The notes: generated by a model from the sequence alone, not told the origin. A stretch of DNA of 64,000 bases from an uncultured bacterium (GCA_964387885.1 CAYLYZ010000001.1:175903-239902); one strand, 5' to 3'; counted from the first letter of the stretch, positions 8,742-17,985 are shown. A program made the numbers and translations.

Positions 8742-10708
8742 TTCTCAACCTTTTCAAGCTGGGTCTTCTTTAAAACGGTATTTGTAAATCGACCGAAAAA
8801 ATCTAACGACTGAGATACGATGGAGTTCTCATCAAATTCGAGCTCTTTCCAAAGACTTGACCTATCTCCGTGGGCTATAAACCTGTCGGGGATACCGAGG
8901 CGTTTAACTTTCACCGAACCCAACCCATGTTCACTAAGAAACTCTAACAAAAGAGATCCCATCCCGCCAAGAATAGCATTTTCCTCAAGAACCAACCAAC
9001 GGTTGAAGCGTTTAGCTACCATTCTCATGAATTCCACGTCAAGTGGTTTAATGCACCTGAGATTGAGAATCGCAATTTCCCATTTTTTTAATTTCTTAAG
9101 AGTTTCTGCTGCTTTTAAACAGTTTTCAAGAAGAGGTCCGGCACTGATAATTACACCTTTGTATCCGTTTTTGAGGAATTCCGGTTCCCACATATTGTCA
9201 TTCGGCTCAATGTCCAAATCAAACTTGGGAGCTGAACCTCTTGGGAACCGTATTGCGACAGGACTGTCATTAACTTTAAACGCTTCACGAAGCATCAACC
9301 TGAGTTCATTTCCATCCCGTGGGGCAAAAATTGAAATTCCCGGAATATGTCTCAAATAACTTAGATCGAATACACCATGATGAGTTGGACCATCTTCTCC
9401 GACTATTCCGGCACGATCAATGCCAAGGATAATCGGCAAATCCTGCAGTGCAATATCATGGATCAATTGATCGTATGCTCGTTGAAGAAATGTAGAATAA
9501 ATCGCAACTACCGGTTTCATTCCCTGAGTAGCTAATCCTGCTGCAAATGTAAGCGCATGTTCCTCAGCAATACCAACATCAAAACAGCGTTCGGGGAATT
9601 TTGTCTGAAAATCTCCAAGACTGCTGCCGGCAATCATTGCCGGAGTAATTACGCATACCTGTTCATCTTCTGTCGCGATTTCAGTTAGTTCTTCGCTGAA
9701 ATGTTGACAGTAGTCCAATTGATCGAAATTCAGTTTTTTCTTTTGAGGACCTACTTGAGGATCAAATTTACTTACACCGTGTAAATGAGTATGATCCAGC
9801 TCTGCAATCGGATACCCCTTTCCCTTCTCTGTAATTACATGAACTACAACCGGACCTGATATGCGACGAACCCACTTCAGCATCGAAATTAATTCTGGCA
9901 GGTCATGTCCGTTTATTGGACCTATATATCTAAAACCCAACCGTTCAAACCACATACCGGGCATTAACATGGATTTCAGGCCTTCTCCCATACCATGCAT
10001 TGCCTTTCGCAATTTGGCACTGCTCGGTAACCTTCCTGCGAGCTCCCAGAGGTTGTCCTTGATCTTTTCAAATCTCAAGTCGGTTCGGATATTAGACAAC
10101 ATATTGGATAATGCACCGACATTCGGCGATATTGCCCACCTGTTATCATTATAAACAACCGTTATGTCTGTATTACTTCCCCCCGCGTTATTCAATCCTT
10201 CGAAAGCAAGGCCTCCGGTCATACCTCCATCACCAATAACCGCCAGCACCTTGAAATCTTCATCATGAAGATCCCGTGCTTGAGCCATACCAAGGGCTGC
10301 TGAAATCGAAGTTGATGCATGACCTACACCAAACGTGTCATATTCACTCTCATCACGTCTGGGAAATCCTGCGATTCCGTTATACTGTCTATTCGTGTGA
10401 AACTTATTTCTGCGACCGGTAAGTATCTTGTGAGAATATGCTTGACAACCTACATCCCATACGATCTGATCTCGAGGCGTATTATAAACATAATGCAAGG
10501 CAATTGTAAGTTCTACTGTCCCAAGATTAGATCCCAGGTGTCCTCCGGTTTTTGACACGGTGTCAATAAGGAATTTTCGCAACTCTTCGGCAAGTACTTC
10601 TAATTCCCTTTCCTTGAGTTTCTTTAAGTCAACGGGACTATTTATTTTGGAAAGCACTGGTGAACCTGATGATTTACTCAAGTTCTGTCTCCTCAATATT
10701 GTATCCAT
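8738..10708 (-). CDS. dxs: 1-deoxy-D-xylulose-5-phosphate synthase.
   Basis: The N-terminus GGHLGSNLGTVELTIALHYVYNTPRD and the thiamine-diphosphate-binding and transketolase-like domains are present, in a 656 aa protein. Confidence 0.95.
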   Translation of the reverse strand: MDTILRRQNLSKSSGSPVLSKINSPVDLKKLKERELEVLAEELRKFLIDTVSKTGGHLGSNLGTVELTIALHYVYNTPRDQIVWDVGCQAYSHKILTGRRNKFHTNRQYNGIAGFPRRDESEYDTFGVGHASTSISAALGMAQARDLHDEDFKVLAVIGDGGMTGGLAFEGLNNAGGSNTDITVVYNDNRWAISPNVGALSNMLSNIRTDLRFEKIKDNLWELAGRLPSSAKLRKAMHGMGEGLKSMLMPGMWFERLGFRYIGPINGHDLPELISMLKWVRRISGPVVVHVITEKGKGYPIAELDHTHLHGVSKFDPQVGPQKKKLNFDQLDYCQHFSEELTEIATEDEQVCVITPAMIAGSSLGDFQTKFPERCFDVGIAEEHALTFAAGLATQGMKPVVAIYSTFLQRAYDQLIHDIALQDLPIILGIDRAGIVGEDGPTHHGVFDLSYLRHIPGISIFAPRDGNELRLMLREAFKVNDSPVAIRFPRGSAPKFDLDIEPNDNMWEPEFLKNGYKGVIISAGPLLENCLKAAETLKKLKKWEIAILNLRCIKPLDVEFMRMVAKRFNRWLVLEENAILGGMGSLLLEFLSEHGLGSVKVKRLGIPDRFIAHGDRSSLWKELEFDENSIVSQSLDFFGRFTNTVLKKTQLEKVEK

Positions 10709-10916
10709 CTGGTTGAATCTTCAATATCTTAAGTCTCTTTTCAGCTTGATCCAGAATTGCATGACACGAGTCAATTAATTTCTGTCCTTCCGAATATAAT
10801 TCAAAGGAGTCCTCAAGAGGTGTGTTGCTATCTTCAAGTTTCTTTGCGATCTCCTCCAATCGTTTGTATGCATCCTCAAAACTAAGCTGACTCTGCTGAT
10901 TTTCATTTTTTGACAT
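10674..10916 (-). CDS. xseB: Exodeoxyribonuclease VII small subunit.
   Basis: LSFEDAYKRLEEIAKKLEDSNTPLEDSFELYSEGQKLIDSCHAILDQAE is present. I trimmed the start to MSKNEN, which avoids a long overlap with xseA. Confidence 0.85.
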   Translation of the reverse strand: MSKNENQQSQLSFEDAYKRLEEIAKKLEDSNTPLEDSFELYSEGQKLIDSCHAILDQAEKRLKILKIQPDGYNIEETELE

Positions 10917-12114
10917 CTTGCCAGACCTCCAATACATAGGCAGCGAAACCACCTTTTGATAGTTGCAATTTCAACTCTTCACCGGATTTAACCTGATTAC
11001 TTGTTCGAACGATTACATCATCCTGACGTCTTGCTACACAATACCCACGTTCCATCACGGATTCGGGGGAAAGTGCTCTTAGCCTGCTTTTTACTGATTC
11101 AAATGACTTTCCATAATCCATCACCTGTCTATTGAGATTTTTGCTCAATCGTCTCGATACGTCATCGAGTCTCTGCCTCTCATCTCCAATCCGCCCGGTA
11201 ATCCTTTTAAAACCATACCCCATTGCTATTGAATTCACACGTTCCCGCCAGAGTGACAGCACTCGAACTACCGAGGTATTCAAGGTGAATGATCTTTCTT
11301 CTAAAGCTTTCTTGAGATCATCTTTATCAGGAACAACAAGACTTGCCACCGCTGTTGGAGTTGGTGCCCTGACATCAGCAGCCAGGTCACTCAGAGAAAT
11401 ATCAACCTCGTGACCAACTGCTGAAACAATTGGTATTTCTGATGCAGCGACAGCTCTTATTACGACCTCTTCATTGAACGCCCAGAGGTCTTCTAATGAT
11501 CCCCCACCACGTCCGATTATTATCACATCTACAACGCTGAGTCTATTAAACGTTTCAATTGCTGCTGCAATTTCAGAAGCTGCACCTGCTCCCTGAACTG
11601 CTACTGGCAATAAAATAACATCCGCAACGGGATACCTTTTTTTAAACCCCCACACGATATCACGAATAGCTGCACCGGTTGGAGATGTAGCGACGCCAAT
11701 CCTGGATGGAAAATATGGTAATGGTTTCTTGTTATTGAGATTAAAGAGACCTTCTTCAGAGAGTTTCTCCTTTAATGCATCAAATGCTGCCTGAAGATCG
11801 CCAATACCAACCGGCATTGCAGACTGCACATCGAACTGATAGCGTCCTCCCTGCTCCCAAACAGTGACTTTCCCATAAAGCCTTATCGATAGTCCATCCT
11901 GAATTGTAAAGCCCGGAGTTTTCCGGGTCCTCCACATTACACAGGCTATCTGAGCTTTTTGATCCTTAAGCGTAAAATATCTATGCCCCGAACTATGTTG
12001 TTTGAAGTTAGATATCTCGCCCTCTACCCATAGCATTGGAAGACTGTCTTCAAGAAGATTTCTGATCTTCCGACTTAGATCTGAAACAGATATTACCTGT
12101 TCGGTTTTGTTCAA
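10903..12114 (-). CDS. xseA: Exodeoxyribonuclease VII large subunit.
   Basis: It has an N-terminal OB-fold (VSDLSRKIRNLLEDSLPMLWVEGEISNFKQHSSGHRYFTLKD) and a catalytic core, in a 403 aa protein. Confidence 0.9.
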   Translation of the reverse strand: MNKTEQVISVSDLSRKIRNLLEDSLPMLWVEGEISNFKQHSSGHRYFTLKDQKAQIACVMWRTRKTPGFTIQDGLSIRLYGKVTVWEQGGRYQFDVQSAMPVGIGDLQAAFDALKEKLSEEGLFNLNNKKPLPYFPSRIGVATSPTGAAIRDIVWGFKKRYPVADVILLPVAVQGAGAASEIAAAIETFNRLSVVDVIIIGRGGGSLEDLWAFNEEVVIRAVAASEIPIVSAVGHEVDISLSDLAADVRAPTPTAVASLVVPDKDDLKKALEERSFTLNTSVVRVLSLWRERVNSIAMGYGFKRITGRIGDERQRLDDVSRRLSKNLNRQVMDYGKSFESVKSRLRALSPESVMERGYCVARRQDDVIVRTSNQVKSGEELKLQLSKGGFAAYVLEVWQDVKK

Positions 12115-12218
12115 AATGCTACCAGGAGCTTAAAGTTTAGTATTTTTGGCTGTTTCGCCCTAATCCAGGTTTCCTAACCTCGGGGATTGAATAATTTATC
12201 CATCTTTATCAAACCGCA

Positions 12219-12254
12219 GCTCAAGCGGACAGGAATGTCCGCACTTCCCTTGAG
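12219..12254. promoter_or_regulatory. Nested perfect hairpin/palindrome ctcaag-GCGGACAggaaTGTCCGC-acttcc-cttgag, about 105 nt upstream of xseA.
   Basis: I read the inverted repeat directly. The core GGACAGGAATG.CCG recurs in both terminal repeats of the 14380-14749 element. Confidence 0.4.
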
Positions 12255-12319
12255 ATGGAAGCCTGACAATTTATTCGACTATTTAAATCCAGAGCAAAGA
12301 AATCTCTGAACAGATATTT

Positions 12320-12832
12320 CTATCTTGTCAGAGATTTCTCCAGTTCACCATTCAAAGCATAGATTTCAGCTTTGATATGAGTACTATCAATCTCAATAAG
12401 CCCGTAACTTGGGTATGGTGCACGTCGATGATCCGTCGGACTGCCCGGATTCAACATAATTACACCATCCCAGGATTTGAGCAGGTATTGATGGCTATGG
12501 CCAAATATTATAATATCAACGTCTTTAAACAAGTTGCGTACATTATACACAACCTGGTCCGGTGCCCCGAAACCATGAACCACACCTATCCTGATACCCT
12601 CAGCATCAAGCCTTGTTCTTTCAGGAAAGTGTGAAGAAACAGGCAGTGCGTCCATATTTCCACGAACAGCAACGACCTTACAGTTTTCTTCTAATCCAAA
12701 TAGTACAGCCTCTCTGGTTACATCTCCGGCATGGATAACCAAATCAACCTGTTTGGCAATTTCCAAAATTTGGGTGGGCATGTCCTCCGATCTCTTTAAA
12801 TGAGTATCGGAAATTACCAGAATCCTGACCAC
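12320..12832 (-). CDS. Metallophosphoesterase (YfcE/MJ0936 family).
   Basis: Motifs ISDTH, AGDV, VRGNMD and IIFGHSH are present. Confidence 0.8.
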   Translation of the reverse strand: MVRILVISDTHLKRSEDMPTQILEIAKQVDLVIHAGDVTREAVLFGLEENCKVVAVRGNMDALPVSSHFPERTRLDAEGIRIGVVHGFGAPDQVVYNVRNLFKDVDIIIFGHSHQYLLKSWDGVIMLNPGSPTDHRRAPYPSYGLIEIDSTHIKAEIYALNGELEKSLTR

Positions 12833-12852
12833 AAGTTATTCCTAAAAAACTT

Positions 12853-12915
12853 CTACCGAACCTTTTTCTTGTGACGATTCTTACGGAGACGTTTTTTTCT
12901 TTTATGCGTCGCCAT
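12853..12915 (-). CDS. Small polybasic ORF (MATHKRKKRLRKNRHKKKVR), a possible bS22-like ribosomal small protein. It could extend to a TTG start at 12948 (31 aa) preceded by GAGGAG.
   Basis: I found it by hand-translating the 150 nt gap between the phosphoesterase gene and hup; it is not in the ORF track. It has ATG...TAG in frame, and 15 of its 20 residues are Lys/Arg. Confidence 0.3.
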   Translation of the reverse strand: MATHKRKKRLRKNRHKKKVR

Positions 12916-12983
12916 CTTGTGACGTTTCCGTTTTTTACCGCAGGGCAATTGCTCCTCGCACGTTAAATTATTTTAATCATTGT

Positions 12984-13268
12984 TTACAACTTTACACCTT
13001 TCACAGCTTCACGTAATTTAGGAGATGGTTTGAATATCGGAACAGTCCTGGCTTCTACCTGAACAGGTTCTCCCGTACGTGGATTTACTGCTTTTCGAGC
13101 TGCTCTACTGACACATCGAAAAGTACCAAATCGTCGTAATTCAACAGTACCACCAGAAATTAACTCACCTTCGATGGATTTCAGAATTCCCTCGAAGACT
13201 GCTGAGACTTCGGCACGAGTCAAACCGGTGGCGTTGGATACCTTCTCAACAATTTCAGCGCGGTTCAT
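12984..13268 (-). CDS. hup: DNA-binding protein HU.
   Basis: MNRAEIVEKVSNATGLTRAEVSAVFEGIL... and RNPRTGEPVQVEARTVPIFKPSPKLREAV are present. The start is at MNRAE, preceded by GGAGGT. Confidence 0.9.
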   Translation of the reverse strand: MNRAEIVEKVSNATGLTRAEVSAVFEGILKSIEGELISGGTVELRRFGTFRCVSRAARKAVNPRTGEPVQVEARTVPIFKPSPKLREAVKGVKL

Positions 13269-13459
13269 ACTTACCTCCGTATATTTCCGTAAAAACTGTA
13301 ACTTTAGAAGATAAACCATAATCCCGTCTCCTGCAAGCTATTTTGTGCTAACTATTAACAGAAAAGCAGTTATAATACAGTATTATTTAATATTTATTCA
13401 TTTGATCTTATCCTTTCCATTCACTATTTTGATATCAATAATCAAAAACAGGAAGATCC

Positions 13460-14359
13460 TTGCGCAAAATCATCGTCGGAAGCAGAGGCAGCGAGCTGGC
13501 ATTAACACAAACAAAAACTGTAGTTGATGCCATCCAGGATAAAACAAACCTTAAATGTGAAGTGCGTGTAATCAAGACTAAAGGAGACCTTGACCAGGTT
13601 AATCCCCTCGCATCAATCGGAGCTACAGGCTTGTTTACGCGGGAAATAGAGACACAATTATTAGGCGGAGACATAGATGTCGCCGTACACTCCCTTAAAG
13701 ACCTGCCACTTCTCCAGCCCGAGGGATTGATGATTGCCGCTATCTCAAAAAGGGTAAACCCGGCAGATGTCCTCGTAATTTCTCCGGATGTCTTTCAGTC
13801 TGACAGGCCAGAAATACCCTTAAAAGCCGGATCTACAGTCGGGACTTCGTCTATGCGACGAAAATCTCAAATACTAAGAATGCGAGATGATCTCCAAATA
13901 GAACCGATTCGCGGAAATGTAACGACACGATTGGATAAAATAGCAAAAGGAAAATATGGAGCATCGGTTTTTGCTGCGGCTGGATTGGAAAGGCTAGGTT
14001 TGAACCTTGATAATTTCAAAGTATTCGAACTTAGCTGTGATGAGTTCCCACCTGCCCCGGGTCAAGGAGCACTTGCTATCGAAATGCGGGTAGATGACCC
14101 GGATCTTGGAAAAGTAAATCAGACACTCAACGATGACTCAACCTCAGAATGTGTCCGCGCCGAACGTGAAATTCTCGCTCTTTTCGGCGGGGGATGTTCT
14201 CTGCCATTGGGCGTATTGATTGAATACTACTCCGGTGCATATCACCTTACGGGATCATATCAAACGGAAAAGATATTCAGAAGAGCGAAATTTGAGGATA
14301 AAGATATTAAGACCGGCGTTGTAAGACTGCATAAAGAACTGTCCGGTGAAGGCACCTGA
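13460..14359 (+). CDS. hemC: Porphobilinogen deaminase (hydroxymethylbilane synthase).
   Basis: Motifs IIVGSRGSELALTQT, LFTREIETQLLGGDIDVAVHSLKDLP and the C-terminal GGCSLPLG cofactor Cys are present. Confidence 0.9.
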   Translation: MRKIIVGSRGSELALTQTKTVVDAIQDKTNLKCEVRVIKTKGDLDQVNPLASIGATGLFTREIETQLLGGDIDVAVHSLKDLPLLQPEGLMIAAISKRVNPADVLVISPDVFQSDRPEIPLKAGSTVGTSSMRRKSQILRMRDDLQIEPIRGNVTTRLDKIAKGKYGASVFAAAGLERLGLNLDNFKVFELSCDEFPPAPGQGALAIEMRVDDPDLGKVNQTLNDDSTSECVRAEREILALFGGGCSLPLGVLIEYYSGAYHLTGSYQTEKIFRRAKFEDKDIKTGVVRLHKELSGEGT

Positions 14360-14379
14360 CAGCACTCCTCACCGGAAAA

Positions 14380-14749
14380 AGTAGGATCGGCATTCCTGCC
14401 TGTCCATCCCGCACAAGCGGGAACCTAAGTTAGGATTTACTGAAAAAATCATGATGTTTGATTTTCGCACATGCTCGTTTATTACCCCCTCTTTAATCCC
14501 CCTCTGCAACAGCAGGGGAAGAGACCATTCTCCCCCCTTCTATTGAAGGGGGGAACTAAAGGGGGGTTGAGTTACCAGATTAATGCAATCTATTTCACTG
14601 AAAAGGTAATTATCCCTGCACCTAATAACTGATTTTCATGGTTTAACTCTTGTAGATCATAATATTATGACTTATTCAGCAAACACTAAGTTAGCAAACA
14701 CACGACTCCGTCTATCGACGGATGGTCGGACAGGAATGACCGTCCTACT
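14380..14749. mobile_element. MITE-like non-autonomous element of ~370 bp with ~33 bp imperfect terminal inverted repeats, inserted between the convergent hemC and C_GCAxxG_C_C genes.
   Basis: The left end AGTAGGATCGGCATTCCTGCCTGTCCATCCCGC aligns with the reverse complement of the right end, AGTAGGACGGTCATTCCTGTCCGACCATCCGTC. The interior has no ORF but has strong C-run/G-run hairpins such as TCCCCCCTTCtattGAAGGGGGGA. Confidence 0.5.
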
Positions 14750-14751
14750 GA

Positions 14752-15591
14752 TTAATTCTTCAACACTTCAATGAGCTCCTCGCACCCACCTTCAGCTAAA
14801 TAACCTGCATGATCATTGACATTCTCAAATTTCCGACCGACAATTTCGGAACATTCAAATTTGTAATCTGTATGTTTCAGAAATCTCTCTATCAGTTCAA
14901 TCGCCTTAGGATCTTTAAAATCCATCTTAATGTCTTCGTCTTTGCCCTTTTTTACCCCATTAATCCATATCGCAGCCCCAAGTGCTCCACAAGCACCACC
15001 GCTCAAGCCAATTCCACCGGCAAATCCGGATGCCATTACCGTCTGCAGGTCGGAGAGACCTGCTTTTTGCGCTAATACTGCTGCACAACTCACTGGAAAG
15101 GAAGGCGCATCGACATTATCTTCGGAAAGAGCGGTATTTATGTCATTGTAAGCAATTGGGGCGTATCTTGCTGACATGCGGAGGCAACCGATTGTTCCTC
15201 CTTTTATGAGGAAGAACTTGATCATCTTCCAGGTTGAGGATGACTTGTCAATATCGGTTATTTCGAGGCAGTTTATGGTGTTTTCGCGTGTTCTGAATGA
15301 ATCCACAACCATTTGTGAAGCAAGAAGTGCCATTGTTTCTGCTTTCGCACCTGCACCAAAGCGTTTATGTGCCTCAGCCCCGGCTGCCAGGGCTGCTCCC
15401 CAGATCATTCCGCATTGATACCCATGCTGCATTATACCGCCTGCCAGGGGCATAGAAGCATTCTCCTCAAGCTTCAATGGGTGATCAAAAGCCCGGTCAA
15501 GAACGTTGACAATTGTCTCCGAGCATGTCCCAACCTTCATGAAGGTACGCATTGCCCGCATTGACGGTATGTTGTTTTTAGCTTTTGCCAT
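14752..15591 (-). CDS. C_GCAxxG_C_C family protein (putative redox-active protein, duplicated module).
   Basis: The signatures GYQCGMIWGAALAAG and GGACGALGAAIWING (GCAxxG), then CSEIVGRKF and GGCEELIE, are present in a 279 aa protein. Confidence 0.7.
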   Translation of the reverse strand: MAKAKNNIPSMRAMRTFMKVGTCSETIVNVLDRAFDHPLKLEENASMPLAGGIMQHGYQCGMIWGAALAAGAEAHKRFGAGAKAETMALLASQMVVDSFRTRENTINCLEITDIDKSSSTWKMIKFFLIKGGTIGCLRMSARYAPIAYNDINTALSEDNVDAPSFPVSCAAVLAQKAGLSDLQTVMASGFAGGIGLSGGACGALGAAIWINGVKKGKDEDIKMDFKDPKAIELIERFLKHTDYKFECSEIVGRKFENVNDHAGYLAEGGCEELIEVLKN

Positions 15592-15686
15592 CAGGTTTCT
15601 CTTTAATTATTGTCAAATGCATTAGTTCAGAATTATAGCATTCCCAAAAGTACTGAAGGATGTTAGTCAACGCGAGAAACGAAGTG

Positions 15687-15787
15687 ACGAAGCGATCTGT
15701 TTGAATATATGCGACATAAGAGATTGCTTCACTGCGTTCGCAAAGACTATGCTTTCAATAAATGCTAAAAAACACATTTCCACTTTT
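15687..15787. repeat. Copy 1 of a ~100 nt conserved intergenic element (core AGAGATTGCTTCACTGCGTTCGCAAAGA), ~130 nt upstream of the C_GCAxxG_C_C gene start.
   Basis: It aligns at ~80 % with 49263-49380. The 28 nt core differs at a single position. Confidence 0.6.
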
Positions 15788-15867
15788 AGACCTTCTTCAA
15801 CATAACGGTGCGCATCGACGATTTGTTCCGATGGATTGTGATTTATTTACCACGAAATTTAATCAAT

Positions 15868-17985
15868 TTACTTAATAAGAGTAACATTTACCTGGTCGAC
15901 GTCTCCCGCGTTCTTAATCCTTAATAAGTACGTGCCCGAGCTCAGGTATCCGGTAATGCTTCCAAGGCTCTTTTGCCTGAGACCAGATCCTATGCTGAAT
16001 TCCCTTTCATACCAGATTTCTCTTCCGAGCCGGTCGTAAATCAAGAATTCTACAACTCCCGATTGTTTGATATCATATTGTATGGTGAGAGAATTGTTAA
16101 ATGGATTTGGGAATACTGAATTTATCGATACTGATGATGGGAATAGATTCCTTCTGCCAATTCCTGGCTTCACGTCCAATGCGAGTTCAATATCGATTTT
16201 TCCCCACCCCCAGGAGAAATTTGGGACATTTCCGGTGAATTCATCTGTTCGTGCTGAGGTGAGAATCCTTCTGCGAAGTTGAGCTGGTGTCATTTCGGGA
16301 TTTGCCTGCAGTATTAGCGCAGCAGCACCAGCAGCAGCCGGACTCGACATCGAAGTGCCTTCAAGCGCGATATAATCGGCAGGTTCACCAAAAGTCCCAT
16401 CGTTTGAAACGATTCGTGATGCCATCGATGGATGATTTAAAGGAATTATCTCAGTGTGTCGACAAGAAATTGTCTGTTCTCCGGGGGCTGTAATATCTGG
16501 TTTTTGGACTCCATCAATTCGGGGTCCTCGCGATGAGAACCAGGTGAGATTATTTAGTGTCCCACTGAAATCTCTCTCAAAGCCCCGATAATCCATAAAG
16601 GTATCTCGACTTGTATAAGCTCCAACTGAAATACAGCTGTCAGCAGTGGAGGGAACTCCTACGAGGGTTGTTCGATCTGCCTGTATGAAACGGAGGTCCC
16701 AATAATGGGAGATAAAAAGGTGGAATTCCTGATTCTGTTCAGAATTATTAGTAACTTCAATAAAATATGAAATTGAATCCGCTGGCAACTCCAGTATTGG
16801 CAGGTAAATCCTGGCTTCCGTTCCACGCGGACTTGAAACCCATTCCGGTTCATCATAGAATGTCTGTTCACCCCTGTCATCGAGAATTACAGCGCTAATG
16901 TCCCTGTGAACAGATGTATCTGGCCCATCATACCAGGATAAGATCAGCTGCCAGGTCGCTCCGGCCTGCGGCATTTGGGCAACTACCTGAATCGGTCTTG
17001 TTGTTTCTCCGGCTCGAACAGTTTGTTTATGATGCCAGCCTCTTGCACCTGAGTTTCCTGCGGACATAAAATTCGTTACACCCTGTGACACCGCCCAGTC
17101 AACTGCCTGCTCCTCTGCTGACGAACCATCATTAAAACCATCGTTACCACCGTAGCTCATAGTGGCAATATCTGCATCCGCCCATGCCGCTGCCCCGCGT
17201 ATTGCCCCAACAGTTGCAGCAACAGTTGCTTCCGGTGAATCGTCCTTTCCTATTTTAAAATAAAGTGGATCTGCGTCCGGAGCCATCCCGCGAAACATTC
17301 CCTCTGAAAGTACTCCGGAACCAAAAGCTGTTCCTGCAGTATGTGTCCCGTGACCTGAACGGTGATCGGAGACATCTACGCTTGTATCCGGATAATCCGC
17401 ATAATCCATAGATGCTGCAGGTTCCGGAAGATCTGGATGCTCAAGTTGAAAACCGGAGTCAATTACAAGCAGTCGAATTCCACTCCCAGTCAGAGAAGGC
17501 TGGCGTTGCCATGCAAATGACGCGCCGGTTTCAATCGCTGCTAAATCGTTTAAAGGTTGGAGTTTCCGATATGCTGACGTAATCCTCTTTACTTTGCTGT
17601 CCGTCGCTAACATTCGCAAAATTGAGGATTTCACTTCTATCAGCACATAACCTGTCCGGTGCCCTCCTACGGGGGGCATCCAGGTATGTGGATAAAGTTT
17701 CTCAACCACATAATAAAGCCATTCAAAACTATCCTTGACATTAATTTCACTTAAATGGATAAAAACTGGCAACACCGGATCCAACTCGGCAGGAACGCCG
17801 TAACTGATTAGTCTTTTAAAATTCTCTGCGGTCGGTTTTGACCTGTAGTTCTCAATCAGATGAAGATCACGTGCCATGTAAAGGTCCAACTTACTCGTCG
17901 GATGGTTCGACTCAACAGATGCCGTCACAGGTGAACATGATAACGTCAGAGTAATTATTAATGCTGCCAAAAACAGTTTTTTCAT
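15868..17985 (-). CDS. Secreted subtilisin-like serine protease (peptidase S8) with a C-terminal T9SS (Por) sorting domain.
   Basis: It has a signal peptide MKKLFLAALIITLTLSCS and the catalytic triad motifs (His in HGTHTAGTA, Ser in GTSMSSPAAAGAAALI). The C-terminal ~80 aa beta-sandwich ends ...LLRIKNAGDVDQVNVTLIK. Confidence 0.85.
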   Translation of the reverse strand: MKKLFLAALIITLTLSCSPVTASVESNHPTSKLDLYMARDLHLIENYRSKPTAENFKRLISYGVPAELDPVLPVFIHLSEINVKDSFEWLYYVVEKLYPHTWMPPVGGHRTGYVLIEVKSSILRMLATDSKVKRITSAYRKLQPLNDLAAIETGASFAWQRQPSLTGSGIRLLVIDSGFQLEHPDLPEPAASMDYADYPDTSVDVSDHRSGHGTHTAGTAFGSGVLSEGMFRGMAPDADPLYFKIGKDDSPEATVAATVGAIRGAAAWADADIATMSYGGNDGFNDGSSAEEQAVDWAVSQGVTNFMSAGNSGARGWHHKQTVRAGETTRPIQVVAQMPQAGATWQLILSWYDGPDTSVHRDISAVILDDRGEQTFYDEPEWVSSPRGTEARIYLPILELPADSISYFIEVTNNSEQNQEFHLFISHYWDLRFIQADRTTLVGVPSTADSCISVGAYTSRDTFMDYRGFERDFSGTLNNLTWFSSRGPRIDGVQKPDITAPGEQTISCRHTEIIPLNHPSMASRIVSNDGTFGEPADYIALEGTSMSSPAAAGAAALILQANPEMTPAQLRRRILTSARTDEFTGNVPNFSWGWGKIDIELALDVKPGIGRRNLFPSSVSINSVFPNPFNNSLTIQYDIKQSGVVEFLIYDRLGREIWYEREFSIGSGLRQKSLGSITGYLSSGTYLLRIKNAGDVDQVNVTLIK

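Noticed and set aside
12115-12319. Possible SRP (4.5S) RNA or another ncRNA in the 205 nt gap upstream of xseA, because of a GGAA-tetraloop hairpin.
   Set aside because: The hairpin does not match the conserved SRP domain IV sequence (…GGUCCGGAAGGAAGCAGC…). I found no tRNA cloverleaf. I kept it only as a palindromic regulatory element.
14440-14560. G-quadruplex or i-motif from alternating C-runs and G-runs (CCCCCT…GGGG…GGGGGG…GGGGGG).
   Set aside because: Only three strong G-runs lie on one strand, and the runs pair as ordinary hairpins (TCCCCCCTTC/GAAGGGGGGA). Secondary structure inside the MITE-like element explains them better.
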